A stretch of 64,000 nucleotides of DNA from Desulfomonilia bacterium (GTDB taxonomy: Bacteria; Desulfobacterota; Desulfomonilia; UBA1062), in assembly GCA_050014195.1 (NCBI GenBank), contig JBEKDT010000003.1, positions 96,001-160,000 on the forward strand, read 5' to 3'. The notes below the pieces were generated by a model. It searched no databases, was not told the origin of the DNA, and saw only the letters and a program-made list of their open reading frames with translations. The position numbers were made by a program, and so were the translations under genes. Of this stretch, positions 30,558-41,968 are shown one piece after another (the stretch's first letter is position 1; each line of letters opens with the position of its first letter).

Positions 30558-31772
30558 TTACATCCTCTCAATTATGGCTTTCCCGAACTCGGAGCACTTG
30601 AGCAGGGTGGCGCCTTGCATCTGGCGCTCCAGGTCATAGGTGACCTGCTTGTCCGATATGGCCTTGGCGATACCCTTGCGAATAAGATCACCTGCCTCAG
30701 TCCAGCCTATGTGGTCGAGCATCATGGCGCCCGATAAGATAAGCGAGCCGGGGTTGATCTTGTCCTGACCTGCATACTTTGGCGCAGTGCCGTGGGTGGC
30801 CTCAAACACGGCAAAAGGGATACCGATGTTGGCGCCGGGCGCCATGCCGAGCCCGCCCACCTGGGCCGCAAGGGCGTCCGAGATGAAGTCACCGATAAGG
30901 TTAGGCACGGCCAGCACTTCGTACTCTTTAGGACGCAAAAGTACCTGCTGGAACATGGAGTCGGCGATGCGGTCGTTGATGAGGATCTTTCCCTCGGGGA
31001 GCATCCCTCCGTACTTCTTTGCAAGATCTGCTTCAGCAATAGCGACATCACTGAACTCATCACGGGCGAGCTCATAGCCCCAGTCCCTGAAGGCCCCTTC
31101 GGTGAACTTCATGATGTTGCCCTTGTGCACGAGTGTCACGGTCTTCTTGTGATGTTTGACGGCATACTCGATGGCCATGCGCACCAGACGCTTGGTACCA
31201 TGGACGGATATGGGCTTGATGCCGATGCCGGAATCCTCCCTGATGTGGGTGCCCATCTGCTCGTTGAGGAACCTGATCACCTTGGTCGCGTCAACACTGC
31301 CCTTGGACCACTCGATGCCTGCATAGAGGTCCTCGGTGTTCTCGCGAAACACCGTGATATCTACAAGCTCGGGCTGCTTCACCGGGGCTGGCGTCCCCTG
31401 GTAGTACTTCACGGGCCTGATGCACGCAAAAAGGTCCAGGATTTGGCGCAAGGCCACATTCAGGCTGCGGATGCCGCCGCCCACAGGCGTGGTAAGCGGG
31501 CCCTTTATGCCCACGAGGTATTCCTTCAAGGCCGTGATGGTCTCTTCGGGCAGGTAGGTGCCGAACTTCGTATTGGCCTTTTCGCCCGCATAGATCTCTT
31601 TCCATATGATCCGGCGGTTTGACCCGTATGCCTTCTTCACCGCCGCATCGAAGACCGCCTGCGAGGCGGCCCAGATATCGGGCCCAACGCCGTCCCCCTC
31701 GATGAATGGGATGATGGGGTCATCGGGAACATCCAGCTTGCCGCCTTCAAACGTTATCTTGGTCCCTTCCAT
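30558..31772 (-). CDS. icd: NADP-dependent isocitrate dehydrogenase
   Basis: [51 protein letters not shown]. Confidence 0.96.
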   Translation of the reverse strand: MEGTKITFEGGKLDVPDDPIIPFIEGDGVGPDIWAASQAVFDAAVKKAYGSNRRIIWKEIYAGEKANTKFGTYLPEETITALKEYLVGIKGPLTTPVGGGIRSLNVALRQILDLFACIRPVKYYQGTPAPVKQPELVDITVFRENTEDLYAGIEWSKGSVDATKVIRFLNEQMGTHIREDSGIGIKPISVHGTKRLVRMAIEYAVKHHKKTVTLVHKGNIMKFTEGAFRDWGYELARDEFSDVAIAEADLAKKYGGMLPEGKILINDRIADSMFQQVLLRPKEYEVLAVPNLIGDFISDALAAQVGGLGMAPGANIGIPFAVFEATHGTAPKYAGQDKINPGSLILSGAMMLDHIGWTEAGDLIRKGIAKAISDKQVTYDLERQMQGATLLKCSEFGKAIIERM

Positions 31773-31921
31773 TTTCCCTATTCTCCATAGAAACAAATCT
31801 CCCCTGTATCCTTGTTAGAAAGGAAGAAAACTCGTTAACCAAGGCATGGGGCTGATTCACGATCTTACAAGTTTCTTTCATAGATAACAGCGAGCATCAT
31901 GCATGCGAGGTGCTCCTCACC

Positions 31922-33835
31922 TTAGACCAAGTCCCGGTGGAGCTCATCCCAGAGCAGCCGCTGGTAGCGCTGGACATCCTTGGGGCTCATGCTCATGCCC
32001 CAGGCCTCGTACATGCTCTGTATGGCCTTGACCACATCTTCGAACCTGATGTCCAGGCCCAGCACGCCCACCATGTCTTCCTTTTCATTCAGGACAGGTG
32101 CGGAGACCGTAATGATCAATGCGCCGGTGATGCGGGAGGTGGCAACCCCGCTCACATGCAGCTTGCCGGTCTCTACGGCCTTGATGAACCACTCTCGATC
32201 GGAGCAGTCCTCATCTTCTTTCATCTTGTGCATGAACTGTCCGCGGTACTCGGGCTGGGTGATGTTCTTGGTGATCTTTATCCCGTCCATGCCCGTGACA
32301 TAGGCGAACTGGATGAACGGATACTCCTTGATGAACTCGGTGATGACCGGTTCCTGCTTCTTAGGTTTCATGCTCTTCATGTCTTCATTTTCAAGAAGCT
32401 TCTCTATGAGCTGGCTTGCATACTCCTGGGCCTCGTACTTGATAAGGTCGAAGCCCGACAGGAAGATGTGGGGAATGAAACGCAAGGTGAGCTTTTCCAG
32501 CTCCTCATCCGTCATGGAGGTGTTGCGACCATCCTCGAAATCCTTGACGATCTGCTGGTACATCCTGGTAATGCCCGGATGGCGCTTATCGATCTTATTG
32601 GAATCCTCGATCTTGAAGTGGGAGTTGACCCAGTGCGCAATGCCGGCCTTGCCAGACTTGTCCGTGATGGCTATCTCGATGGGCCGGTTCAGGAACTTAC
32701 CCGTGTTGAAGATATTATAGATCTCCTCGTTCTTCACCAGTCCGTCTGCGTGGATGCCCGCCCTGGTCACGTTGAAGTTCCTGCCCACAAAGGGGTAATT
32801 ACCTGGGATGTGGTAGTTGATCTCCGTGTTCACATATTCGGCCAACTCGGTGATGGCCTTGGTGTCGATGCTCCCATCGTGGCCTCTCAGCGACAGATAC
32901 TCAAAGACCATGGCCTCGATGGGTGTATTGCCGGTGCGCTCGCCGAACCCGAAGATAGCACAGTTGACCGCGCTGCACCCGTATAGCCAGGCCGTAGAGG
33001 CGTTTACCACCACCTTATGGAAATCATTGTGCCCGTGCCATTCCAGCAGGTGCCCGGGGACACCGGCATCGTCGATGAAGGCTCGAACCAGTTTGTCCAC
33101 GGACCTGGGCAGCGCAGCCCCTGGGAATGACACGCCGTAGCCCATAGTGTCGCAGAGCCTGATCTTCACGTCGACACCCGATTCTTCCCTGAGCTTCATG
33201 AGCTCCCGGGCAAAGGGGATGCAGAATCCATAGATGTCGGCTCTGGTTACGTCCTCGAAGTGGCACCGGGGGATGATGTCCTGGCTTAAGGCATCCTTGA
33301 CTATCCCGAGGTAGTTGTTCAGGGCCTTGCGCCTTGACCACCCGAGCTTGAGATAGATGTGGTAGTCGGACACGGAAGTGAGAATGCCGGTCTCATCGAT
33401 GCCGAATTCACGGACCAGTTTCAGGTCATCCTTGTGGGCGCGGATCCAGGAGGTCACCTTGGGGTAGTTATATCCCCTGGCGAGGCAGGACTCCACAGCG
33501 GCCTTGTCCTTTTTCGAGTAGAGGAAGAACTCGCTCACCCTGATGAGACCGGTGTCTCCGCTGATGCGGTGAAGAAAATCGTAGATGCATTCTATATGAT
33601 CCACCGAGAACGGGGTCATGGACTGCTGCCCGTCCCGGAAGGTCGTGTCGGTGATAAAGATGTCTTCCGGGGGCTGAATGGGGATCATCCGCATATCGAA
33701 GTCCACTTTCGGAACCTCGTCATAGTTGAATATGGAGCGGTAGTAGTTCCCGCGCTCGATCTCCTGGATACCGGATTCAAAATTCTTGCCCGGGGTATAA
33801 TAGAACACCTTCTTTTCTGGGTCCCATCTGGCCAT
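31922..33835 (-). CDS. Re-citrate synthase-like DRE-TIM enzyme with C-terminal Cache-like domain
   Basis: ITDTTFRDGQQ, WHGHNDF, GERTGN, TRAGIHADG; upstream of icd; tail DCSDREWF...ITVSAPV...GVLGLDI. Confidence 0.82.
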   Translation of the reverse strand: MARWDPEKKVFYYTPGKNFESGIQEIERGNYYRSIFNYDEVPKVDFDMRMIPIQPPEDIFITDTTFRDGQQSMTPFSVDHIECIYDFLHRISGDTGLIRVSEFFLYSKKDKAAVESCLARGYNYPKVTSWIRAHKDDLKLVREFGIDETGILTSVSDYHIYLKLGWSRRKALNNYLGIVKDALSQDIIPRCHFEDVTRADIYGFCIPFARELMKLREESGVDVKIRLCDTMGYGVSFPGAALPRSVDKLVRAFIDDAGVPGHLLEWHGHNDFHKVVVNASTAWLYGCSAVNCAIFGFGERTGNTPIEAMVFEYLSLRGHDGSIDTKAITELAEYVNTEINYHIPGNYPFVGRNFNVTRAGIHADGLVKNEEIYNIFNTGKFLNRPIEIAITDKSGKAGIAHWVNSHFKIEDSNKIDKRHPGITRMYQQIVKDFEDGRNTSMTDEELEKLTLRFIPHIFLSGFDLIKYEAQEYASQLIEKLLENEDMKSMKPKKQEPVITEFIKEYPFIQFAYVTGMDGIKITKNITQPEYRGQFMHKMKEDEDCSDREWFIKAVETGKLHVSGVATSRITGALIITVSAPVLNEKEDMVGVLGLDIRFEDVVKAIQSMYEAWGMSMSPKDVQRYQRLLWDELHRDLV

Positions 33836-33836
33836 A

Positions 33837-34637
33837 TTATTTCTTCTTCCCTTTGGGTACGTATGCGTCCTTGGGTATCTTTTCCGGCTCAGGTGCGCCG
33901 GCCTCGCGACGGGCCTCGATGATCTCCTCGGTGGTCATATCCCTGGGGACCTTCAGATCCTGGCCTGCATAGAGTACCTTGGGGTCTTTGATCTGGTCAC
34001 GGTTCGCCTTGTAGATGAGCGGCCACATGAAGGAATCATTGAATATCTCATGGCGCGCGGCAATACTCGGCAGGGTGTCTCCCTTTTTCACCACATAGAT
34101 CGCAGGATAGGCCTCAAGTAGCGCCGGTTCCGAACTCTTCTGTATCTCCTCACGCTTCTGGGTTATTTCAGTCCCGAGCTCTTCGAGGTGCTTCTGCTTT
34201 TCTTCCGCCGTCTTCTGCTGGACATCCTGATAGGTGGTTTTGAATGTAACGGCCATCGATTGCAGGGTGCGTGCATCATTATCCGTGTATGCCTTGAGCA
34301 TATCGAGGTAAAGCATGAGCAGTGAGAAGGATTCCTTCTTTGCATATTCAAAGCCCGAGATCTCAACAACCTTCTTGAGCTGGTCCGCTGCGGCGGACAT
34401 GAGTGCCCTGTCTTCCTCGTCAGCAGTCCTAAGCTGCCTGAATGCCTGGACGAATTTCTCTGCAGCCTTCACATCATCCTTATGGTCAAGGGCATACATG
34501 CCCTGCCTGATGCTCTGAGCAAACACCTTCATGGCCTCTTTCCTGGGGTCCGTCTGGGCGCCTTCCTGCGCAGTCTTTGTCGTTGCACAGCCGAAAAGCA
34601 ACAGCACCATGAAAAGGTAGTAAAAAAATCGCCTCAT
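33837..34637 (-). CDS. LysM-domain lipoprotein
   Basis: Lipobox LFGC; YVVKKGDTL...[15 protein letters not shown]. Confidence 0.85.
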   Translation of the reverse strand: MRRFFYYLFMVLLLFGCATTKTAQEGAQTDPRKEAMKVFAQSIRQGMYALDHKDDVKAAEKFVQAFRQLRTADEEDRALMSAAADQLKKVVEISGFEYAKKESFSLLMLYLDMLKAYTDNDARTLQSMAVTFKTTYQDVQQKTAEEKQKHLEELGTEITQKREEIQKSSEPALLEAYPAIYVVKKGDTLPSIAARHEIFNDSFMWPLIYKANRDQIKDPKVLYAGQDLKVPRDMTTEEIIEARREAGAPEPEKIPKDAYVPKGKKK

Positions 34638-36421
34638 CTCTCTCCCTCTATCATCTTCAGGCCGAGCTCGGCAAGCTGCTTGGGGTCGACATCCGAAGGG
34701 GCCTCGGTCATGGTGCAGAACGCCTTCTGGGTCTTGGGGAAGGCAATGACATCGCGGATGCTCGTGGTGCCTGCGAGCAGCATGATGAGCCTGTCGAACC
34801 CGAAGGCAATCCCGCCATGCGGCGGTGCCCCATACCTGAGTGCCTCCAGCAGATACCCGAATTTGACCTTGGCCTGATCTTCGGTCAACCCGATGACCTT
34901 GAAGACCTTCTGCTGGATATCTTGCGTGTGGATTCTTATACTGCCTCCGCCCACCTCGCTGCCGTTGATCACCATATCGTAGGCCTGGCTCTTGACCTTG
35001 GCAGGATCAGAATCCAACAGGGTTATGTCTTCCGGGACCGGGGCGGTGAAGGGATGATGGACCGAGACCAGCCTGTCTTGCTCCTGGCTCCATTCGAACA
35101 GTGGGAAGTCCGTGACCCATAGGGCCCCGAAGGAACCTTCCGGTATCAGCTTCAACCGCTCTGCCAAGTGAAGTCTCAGGGCTGAAAGGCTTGCATTCAC
35201 TACACTCTTCTTGTCAGCAATAAACAACGCTACATCTCCCGGCACCATATCAAGCCGCTGGGAAATGCCGGCAAACTGGCTTTCCTTGAAGAATTTTGTA
35301 AGCGTAGACTTCCACCCGTCCTCATCGAGGCGGGCCCAGAGCACGCCCTTGGCTCCATAGTCCGCAATGATTGACTGCAAAGAGTCCAGGTCCTTCCTGC
35401 TGAGGTTGTGCGGGGCCTTGACGGCAATGGCCTTGACCGCGCCGCCCTCGGAAACCGCGGCGGTAAAAACACGGAAGTCAGAGGTGGCGGCGATATCAGA
35501 TACATCGACAAGCTTCATACCGAAGCGGGTGTCAGGCCTGTCATTGCCATACTCGGACAAGGCCTGTTCGTAGCTCATCTTCGGGAAGGGTTGAGGAAGC
35601 TCCACACCGATAGTCTCCCAAAAGAGATCGGCAATGGCCCCTTCGTTGATCCTAAGGACGTCATCCATAGTCACGAACGACATCTCGATATCGATCTGTG
35701 TGAATTCCGGTTGGCGGTCGGCCCTTAAGTCTTCATCGCGGAAGCACTTCACGATCTGGTAGTAGCGGTCGAGGCCTGAGACCATGAGGAGCTGCTTGAA
35801 GAGCTGGGGCGACTGTGGCAGGGCATAAAATTTTCCCGGGAAGATCCTGCTCGGGACCAGATAGTCGCGGGCCCCTTCAGGTGTGCTCTTGGCCAATACA
35901 GGGGTCTCCACTTCGATGAAGCGGTTTGCGTCATAGTACTTTCTAATGCTCTGCGCCGCCTTATGCCTCAGGAGTATGTTCCTCTGGAGGCTTGGCCTCC
36001 TCAGATCGAGGTACCGATACTTGAGCCTTAAGGTGTCGTTGATGTCTGCACCGTCTTCGATGACAAAGGGCGGGGTTAAGGCCTCGTTGAACACCACCAC
36101 CTCGTGGGCTGTAACCTCGACGTCGCCTGTTGCCATGGAAGGATTTCGCATCTCTTCCGGCCGTTTCAGCAGCTCGCCCGTGATGGCGATGCAGTACTCG
36201 GGCCTTAACGTATGGGCCACTGCATGGGCCTTGGGCTGGTCTTCAGGGCTGCAGACCACCTGGGCAATGCCGGTGCGGTCGCGTATATCGATGAATATGA
36301 GCCCGCCAAGGTCCCTCCTGCGCTGGACCCAGCCGAAGAGCGTCACTGTTGTCCCCTCAGGGATATGGTTGATCTCGCCGCAGTAGTGTGTGCGTTTCAG
36401 TCCTTGCTTACCGCTCGTCAC
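34634..36421 (-). CDS. aspS: Aspartate--tRNA ligase
   Basis: [40 protein letters not shown]. Confidence 0.97.
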   Translation of the reverse strand: MTSGKQGLKRTHYCGEINHIPEGTTVTLFGWVQRRRDLGGLIFIDIRDRTGIAQVVCSPEDQPKAHAVAHTLRPEYCIAITGELLKRPEEMRNPSMATGDVEVTAHEVVVFNEALTPPFVIEDGADINDTLRLKYRYLDLRRPSLQRNILLRHKAAQSIRKYYDANRFIEVETPVLAKSTPEGARDYLVPSRIFPGKFYALPQSPQLFKQLLMVSGLDRYYQIVKCFRDEDLRADRQPEFTQIDIEMSFVTMDDVLRINEGAIADLFWETIGVELPQPFPKMSYEQALSEYGNDRPDTRFGMKLVDVSDIAATSDFRVFTAAVSEGGAVKAIAVKAPHNLSRKDLDSLQSIIADYGAKGVLWARLDEDGWKSTLTKFFKESQFAGISQRLDMVPGDVALFIADKKSVVNASLSALRLHLAERLKLIPEGSFGALWVTDFPLFEWSQEQDRLVSVHHPFTAPVPEDITLLDSDPAKVKSQAYDMVINGSEVGGGSIRIHTQDIQQKVFKVIGLTEDQAKVKFGYLLEALRYGAPPHGGIAFGFDRLIMLLAGTTSIRDVIAFPKTQKAFCTMTEAPSDVDPKQLAELGLKMIEGER

Positions 36422-37686
36422 GCATTCTCTCCTTTATTCATAAGCATGGATTTGATTTCATAAAGGACAGCCTTTCGCTCGATAGTACGCTGAGGCACAT
36501 GGCCCGACATGTCCTTGACGCTCAGGGTGGATGAATTTATCTCATCTTCGCCCATGATGACGCAGATGGGGTAGCCGGCCTTGTCGGCGCGGCGCATCTG
36601 GGCCTTGAAGCTCTTGCCGAAGGCGGCCTCGGCCCGGATGCCTGCAGACCTGAGCTCGGAGATAAGGCCTAAGGCCTCCTGCTCTACCCGGGGCTCGGCC
36701 TGGGCCACCACAAAGCACCCCGCGAGCTTCTCCCGGGGTTCACCCATGAGCATGATCATACGCTCCATGCCGAAGGCGAAGCCGATACCCCCCACCGCCG
36801 GCCCGTCCAGTATGCTCAGGAGGTCGTCATACCTGCCGCCGCCCACTATCGCATTCTGGGAGCCCAAGCCCGCGGCCGCAATCTCGAAGGTGGTCCTGGT
36901 GTAGTAGTCAAGCCCGCGGACCAGCCTGGGGTTTTTCTCATACCGCACGCCAAAGGTGCTCAACCCGGTAAGGACCTTCCCATAGTGGGTCCTGCAGTCA
37001 TCGCAGAGATGATCTTCGATGAAGGGTGCCCCCTCCACAGCCTCCTTGCAGGTCGGCACCTTGCAGTCCAAGACCCGTAGAGGGTTCGTATGCATCCGCC
37101 TCCTGCAATCTTCGCAGAGGCTGTCCTGCCGGGACGCCAGGAACTGCTGCAATGCCTCTTTGAATACAGGCCTGCAGGCCTTGCAGCCCAGAGAGTTCAC
37201 CTCCATGACCAGCGCTTCTTTGCCCAATAGTGAGCTCGCCAGGTCATAGGCCATGGCAAGGGTCTCGGCGTCTGCCAGGGGGCCGTCCTCGCCAAGGCGC
37301 TCTGCATTGATCTGGTGGAACTGGCGGTATCTCCCCTTCTGGGGCCGCTCATAACGGAACATGGGGCCGATGCTGTAAAGCTTGACAATGGGGTCCTTGT
37401 TCAACAGGCCGTGCTCGATGACCGCGCGGAGCACGCATGCCGTGGCCTCGGGCCTTAAGCTCACCAAATCGCCGGACTTGTCCGTGAAGGTGTACATCTG
37501 TTTTTCCACCACATCGGTGTCATCCCCTATGCCCCGCAGGAAGAGCTCGGTCCGTTCCATTACGGGCGGACGCAGCTCGGAGAAGCCATAGAGCGAGAAA
37601 ATCCTGCGTGTAGTGTCCTCAACGAAACGCCACTTGGCCGCTTCATCGGGCAGGATATCGTTCATGCCGCGTATTGCATTGATCAC
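36418..37686 (-). CDS. hisS: Histidine--tRNA ligase
   Basis: [34 protein letters not shown]. Confidence 0.97.
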   Translation of the reverse strand: MINAIRGMNDILPDEAAKWRFVEDTTRRIFSLYGFSELRPPVMERTELFLRGIGDDTDVVEKQMYTFTDKSGDLVSLRPEATACVLRAVIEHGLLNKDPIVKLYSIGPMFRYERPQKGRYRQFHQINAERLGEDGPLADAETLAMAYDLASSLLGKEALVMEVNSLGCKACRPVFKEALQQFLASRQDSLCEDCRRRMHTNPLRVLDCKVPTCKEAVEGAPFIEDHLCDDCRTHYGKVLTGLSTFGVRYEKNPRLVRGLDYYTRTTFEIAAAGLGSQNAIVGGGRYDDLLSILDGPAVGGIGFAFGMERMIMLMGEPREKLAGCFVVAQAEPRVEQEALGLISELRSAGIRAEAAFGKSFKAQMRRADKAGYPICVIMGEDEINSSTLSVKDMSGHVPQRTIERKAVLYEIKSMLMNKGENA

Positions 37687-37729
37687 ACATATTCTCCTTA
37701 AGCTCGTGAAGTGTTCAGTCTATGGAGCA

Positions 37730-38608
37730 TCAGAGCCCGCGTGCCCATTCGGGCCGGATCATCTTCGAGGAGGTGTCGGCAAGTGCCTGGTCGATGAGCC
37801 GCAGGATCTCCTCCTTGTCCCGGGGCAGGGTCCCGCTGATGGGCAGGTAGTTGGATGCGTGTTCCGAGCCGAACTTGCAGTTTGTGAGCGTGAGGTCCTC
37901 TACAAACCACCTGAGCTCCTGAAGAGACTGCTTCTTGTCGATCAGCTTGAACCCGTCGCCCATGATCTTCTCTTCATAGACCTTCTCGTATGGTCCCAGC
38001 ATGAGAGTGAGCGTGGCCAGGAAGTGCGGGTCGATGGCATTGGCAACACGGGCCGAGTCCTTGGCATGGGCATGGCTGTCGTCCACGCCGCCGAGGCCCA
38101 GGATGATGAAGGTGGACATGCGCAGACCCGCATCAATTGCCTTTCTGCTCACCTCGATGATCTGCTTTGAGGTCGCACCCTTCTTGATTTTTTTCAGGAG
38201 TGCGTCGTTGCCCGTCTCGATGCCGAGATAAAGGACATCGAGCTTGCGTGCCTTGAACTCCTTGAGCTCTTCTTTTGTCTTGGCTTTCAGGTTGGTGGGC
38301 CCAGCATAGGTGCTGATGCGTTCCAGCTTGGGGAACCTCTGATTCATGAGGTCGAGGACCTTGATGATAAAGTCCGCTGGTGCAGCCAGGGGATCTCCAT
38401 CGGCCAAAAAGATCTTCCTGGTGTTCGGGTATTGCCACGACATCTCAATGACATCCTTTTCAACCTCTTCAAAAGGACGCACCAGGAATTTCTTGGTCTT
38501 GTACATGGCGCAGAACAGACACCTGTTCCACGAGCAGCCCAAAGTTACCTGGAAGATGAGCGACCTCGCCTCGGAGGGCGGCCTGAATAGGGGCATATCG
38601 TATTCCAT
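37730..38608 (-). CDS. Radical SAM protein (RPPSEA-type, uncharacterised)
   Basis: RPPSEA, CSWNRCLFC. Confidence 0.9.
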   Translation of the reverse strand: MEYDMPLFRPPSEARSLIFQVTLGCSWNRCLFCAMYKTKKFLVRPFEEVEKDVIEMSWQYPNTRKIFLADGDPLAAPADFIIKVLDLMNQRFPKLERISTYAGPTNLKAKTKEELKEFKARKLDVLYLGIETGNDALLKKIKKGATSKQIIEVSRKAIDAGLRMSTFIILGLGGVDDSHAHAKDSARVANAIDPHFLATLTLMLGPYEKVYEEKIMGDGFKLIDKKQSLQELRWFVEDLTLTNCKFGSEHASNYLPISGTLPRDKEEILRLIDQALADTSSKMIRPEWARGL

Positions 38609-38884
38609 CGGCTATCTCCTTGATACTCTTCTCATGATGTATGTTTTCATTACCGGATGGTGCGTGGGCCCTGACAGGAGGCTATCTGTCCTGATAATAC
38701 TTCAGATGTGCTTTTCATGAGCGCACCTCTCGCCTCGTTTCCATCTCCAAGTGTAATACAAAACCATAACAGGGGAAAAAATTCAATCCCAAGCTATGTT
38801 ACCATTCAATATGCCTGCCATGACACCCCATTTTATAAAGAGGAAGAAGGACTTCCCAACTATGGCGCCTAAGATGAGCCTCTG

Positions 38885-39292
38885 TTATTCCCCCTTTGGG
38901 TAATCATGTGATTTATAGGGCTTGATGTCCAGAATGGGTGTGCCGTCCAGCAGGTCTACATTATCCACAAAGAGCGTATTGCCCTCAACCCTTATCAGCC
39001 GCAGGATCGACATGCCAAGGGCATTAGGCCGGTTCGGCGAGCACAGGCTGAATACCCCCTTAAGCTCTCCCTCTCCCCTGCGTTTCTGCATAAGCGTGAA
39101 GCCTTCTGCGCGATGGAAGTGGAAGAGGACCACTATGTGATCATACTCTTCCAACCCTGCAAGGCCTTCCGCATATGGCTCTAACATCTCGATGGTACCT
39201 CTGATTTCTGAGGCGGTATAGAACTTGGGCGCCATATCAGAATTAACAAGCTCGCAGTGCATGAAGCCGATCGGCCTGTAGCAGATATCCAT
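38885..39292 (-). CDS. tsaA: tRNA m6t6A37 methyltransferase TrmO/TsaA-like
   Basis: PIG, GVFSLCSPNRPN, DLLDGTPILDIKPY; start may be 39310. Confidence 0.85.
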   Translation of the reverse strand: MDICYRPIGFMHCELVNSDMAPKFYTASEIRGTIEMLEPYAEGLAGLEEYDHIVVLFHFHRAEGFTLMQKRRGEGELKGVFSLCSPNRPNALGMSILRLIRVEGNTLFVDNVDLLDGTPILDIKPYKSHDYPKGE

Positions 39293-39371
39293 AAAGATCT
39301 TGTACCTCATTCCGGCAACGATGGGAACAGAGGAACACTATCCTTCATCGAGCAAAAGACCTGTCACTGTT

Positions 39372-40643
39372 TTATACGAGGGGAATTCCTGTACGTCGTG
39401 CAATATGCTTCAGGTAAAAATGAGACAGTCTGGTTGCAGGCTTTTTCATCTCTCTCATGTGCTCCATTATAGCCCTTTCCATCCTCTCCGACTCTATGAA
39501 CGCCTTGTGGGAGGTCTCTCTAAAGTAATCTTCACTGCTATCCCACAGATGGGCCGGAAAGCGTTCAGACCATTGTGTCTCAAGATCCATGATACTTCCC
39601 TGAACCAAGGGTCTCACGGAATCATATCGAAGGACGGCATGGATATGATACGCCTCATGCCGCCACCAGAATGAATCTTCGGAATAAACACTGCCCCCCT
39701 TGGACGTATCCGTGAAAGGTGCTGCAGGCATGAACGGTTTGAATGGTGTAAGGCACGGGGCGGAACCCGCAGTAACAAATATCCTGATCTTATCGTCCTG
39801 GTGCAGTTCCACTGCCATGGACCCTGTTGTCTGGGACCTCCTGATCAATGGATCTGATGCATGCATACAAACATCACGGTTGAAGCCTTCGGATGGTGTA
39901 GTTCCATAGTGGCTTCTCAGCATGCTAAAAACATCGGTTATTCCGATACTGCCCTTTCCCTTCAGTATGGCGGCATCATTTTGCCTTTTCCTGAAAACAC
40001 TGCCGGCAAAATAAGTAGTAATGGGGTTGGTTAAGATACTCAAATCGGTACCCTTGGCAAAGGAAGACCGGTCCCAATCTGCCGTGATGGTAATCCCATT
40101 TGAGATAACGGCAAAATCGTTATGGAGTTTGATGGCATAGTCCCTGCCGGCAGTCTCCAGGATCATGATGCCGTCCCGATCCATAATAATAAACGAGTTC
40201 ATATAACTGAACTTCTTGTCACGGTAACCGCATGGACCGGCCTGTCCATATTTACTCAAGAGATCGATAATGACACCCGCCGCCTCTTCGGCTGTGCCAG
40301 ACCTTTCAAGCGCAAGCCGCAAGAGATCCATCCCGATGAGCCCCGGCTCCTTCTCGGGTTTGATCTTTGTGAACAGGGCCTCATTCCCGATGACTACGCC
40401 CTTCTCATTCACACCCATCTCCGCTCCCCAGATCCAGAAGGGCTTACTTATAACAATAGCGTGCGTATAACTTACCTGGGGAATCGCAGTATGGGTGCAT
40501 TGCAGGACTTCCCTTTCAGGATGGCTTTTCCGGGGGATCGAAAGGACAAGCTGCGCTTCGTCAGCCTCCCTGTCCGAGTTCTTTCCGAAAGTGCTTATAC
40601 CGGAACTGGTAAATTTTGGTCCAATTCCAATAGTATCGCACAT
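39372..40643 (-). CDS. C69 dipeptidase/secernin-like Ntn hydrolase
   Basis: MCDT N-terminal Cys, GKNSDR, WGAEMGVNE, GMDLLRLALER; GGAGG SD. Confidence 0.88.
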   Translation of the reverse strand: MCDTIGIGPKFTSSGISTFGKNSDREADEAQLVLSIPRKSHPEREVLQCTHTAIPQVSYTHAIVISKPFWIWGAEMGVNEKGVVIGNEALFTKIKPEKEPGLIGMDLLRLALERSGTAEEAAGVIIDLLSKYGQAGPCGYRDKKFSYMNSFIIMDRDGIMILETAGRDYAIKLHNDFAVISNGITITADWDRSSFAKGTDLSILTNPITTYFAGSVFRKRQNDAAILKGKGSIGITDVFSMLRSHYGTTPSEGFNRDVCMHASDPLIRRSQTTGSMAVELHQDDKIRIFVTAGSAPCLTPFKPFMPAAPFTDTSKGGSVYSEDSFWWRHEAYHIHAVLRYDSVRPLVQGSIMDLETQWSERFPAHLWDSSEDYFRETSHKAFIESERMERAIMEHMREMKKPATRLSHFYLKHIARRTGIPLV

Positions 40644-40845
40644 AGAATCTCCTCCTCTTGTAAAGATGGGTTCGTGAAAGAACAAATTTATACATTTCAT
40701 ACTATACGTAAGTCTCCCTTGAGAAAACACGAAACTGTGCTTCTCGTAACAAGATTCCTGTGAACTCCCTTCTAAGGAGGTGCACCGGTTGATGATCATT
40801 TTCCCTGCTTAAGTACCGGCTTTTTGTTTCCGGATCCTCTCATCC

Positions 40846-40874
40846 TTGACCAACCCAATTTTCCACCCTATAAC
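40846..40874 (+). promoter_or_regulatory. sigma70 promoter predicting a leaderless transcript
   Basis: TTGACC-17-TATAAC, then 6 nt to ATG 40881. Confidence 0.55.
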
Positions 40875-40880
40875 AGCCTC

Positions 40881-41774
40881 ATGCATGTCCCCGAACATCT
40901 CGTCATCCGGCCTCCCAGCGAGGCCAAGAGCCTTCTGATAAGGACCGTGAGAGGTTGTAACTGGAACCGGTGTCTGTTCTGCGGCATCTATGACTATTTC
41001 GACACACCCTATTCTGAGCGAGGCCTCGCTGAGGTTATCAAGGACATCGATTCGCTCTCAGACATGTACGGCGACATATTCAAGACCGCATTTTTAGGTG
41101 ATGCGAACCCCCTTGCCCTGCCCACGGATTTCCTGGTTGCGGTGCTGACGCATCTCCGGAAAAAGTTCCCTTCCCTGACGCGGGTCACCTCATATGCAAG
41201 GGCATCGAGCCTGGCCAAGAAGTCAGTCGAAGAGCTCAGGGCCATCCATGATGCCGGCCTCGACCGGGCGCACGTGGGCATGGAGAGCGGGTCGGATGCA
41301 GTGCTCAAGCTCCAGAAAAAGGGTACGAGCCAGGTCCAGCTCATCGATGCCGGTAAAAAGACCATGTCCTCGGGCATGGAGCTGTCCTATTACTTCCTTT
41401 TGGGATTGGGCGGGCAAGCACTCTGGGAGGATCACATAAAGGGTACCGCCTTGGTCATCAATGAGGTGAAGCCCCATTTCGTCCGTGTGCGTCGGCTGTG
41501 GATCCACCCCATGTCGCGACTGATGGAAAAGATCAATGCCGGAGAGTTCATGGAGCAGACCCCGGAAGGCACGGTCATAGAGCTGAGGGATCTCGTCAAG
41601 GCCCTCGACCCCTCGTCTACCGTGCTCGCCTGCGATCATGCAAACAACTACATCCAGGTCTTCGGCAGGCTTGATGAGGACAAGCAAGAGATGCTGCGCC
41701 TCATCAACACGTTTCTCGAACTACCTGTACAACAGCGGCAGAACCATTATCGTTCGATACCGTCGGTTATTTAA
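40881..41774 (+). CDS. Radical SAM protein (RPPSEA-type, paralog of 37730-38608)
   Basis: RPPSEA, CNWNRCLFC, DHANNY. Confidence 0.9.
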   Translation: MHVPEHLVIRPPSEAKSLLIRTVRGCNWNRCLFCGIYDYFDTPYSERGLAEVIKDIDSLSDMYGDIFKTAFLGDANPLALPTDFLVAVLTHLRKKFPSLTRVTSYARASSLAKKSVEELRAIHDAGLDRAHVGMESGSDAVLKLQKKGTSQVQLIDAGKKTMSSGMELSYYFLLGLGGQALWEDHIKGTALVINEVKPHFVRVRRLWIHPMSRLMEKINAGEFMEQTPEGTVIELRDLVKALDPSSTVLACDHANNYIQVFGRLDEDKQEMLRLINTFLELPVQQRQNHYRSIPSVI

Positions 41775-41874
41775 TATGAGCTATTAAGCCTGTACTCCAC
41801 ACGTCTCTTTCCAGTTTTTCCTTGACTTCTCGGTGCGTTTTCTTTAAAGCCCCTAGTCTATGGCAACTGTGATC

Positions 41875-41913
41875 ATGGCAAAAAAAACGTTCGGGTTCTT
41901 CTTTTTTGATTAG
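41875..41913 (+). CDS. Phe-rich attenuator leader peptide MAKKTFGFFFFD* (in-frame upstream ATG 41860 gives MATVI-MAKKTFGFFFFD*)
   Basis: ATG GCA AAA AAA ACG TTC GGG TTC TTC TTT TTT GAT TAG: 5 Phe in 6 consecutive codons; stop abuts the antiterminator arm. Confidence 0.8.
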   Translation: MAKKTFGFFFFD

Positions 41914-41968
41914 GTCTGCCTGCGTTTAAGCTTTTTTAGATCTAGTCAAAAAAAGCCGTAGGTAGACC
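41913..41968 (+). promoter_or_regulatory. Antiterminator hairpin of the Phe attenuator
   Basis: GGTCTGCCTGCG (41913-41924) pairs with CGTAGGTAGACC (41957-41968); GCTTTTTT (41930-41937) pairs with AAAAAAGC (41949-41956). Confidence 0.75.

Noticed and set aside
31910-32986. Long antisense ORFs from the track (e.g. 31910-32986, 17645-18679, 16399-17286, 28161-28976)
   Set aside because: They are shadow frames opposite well-supported genes with biased codon usage, and carry no motifs.
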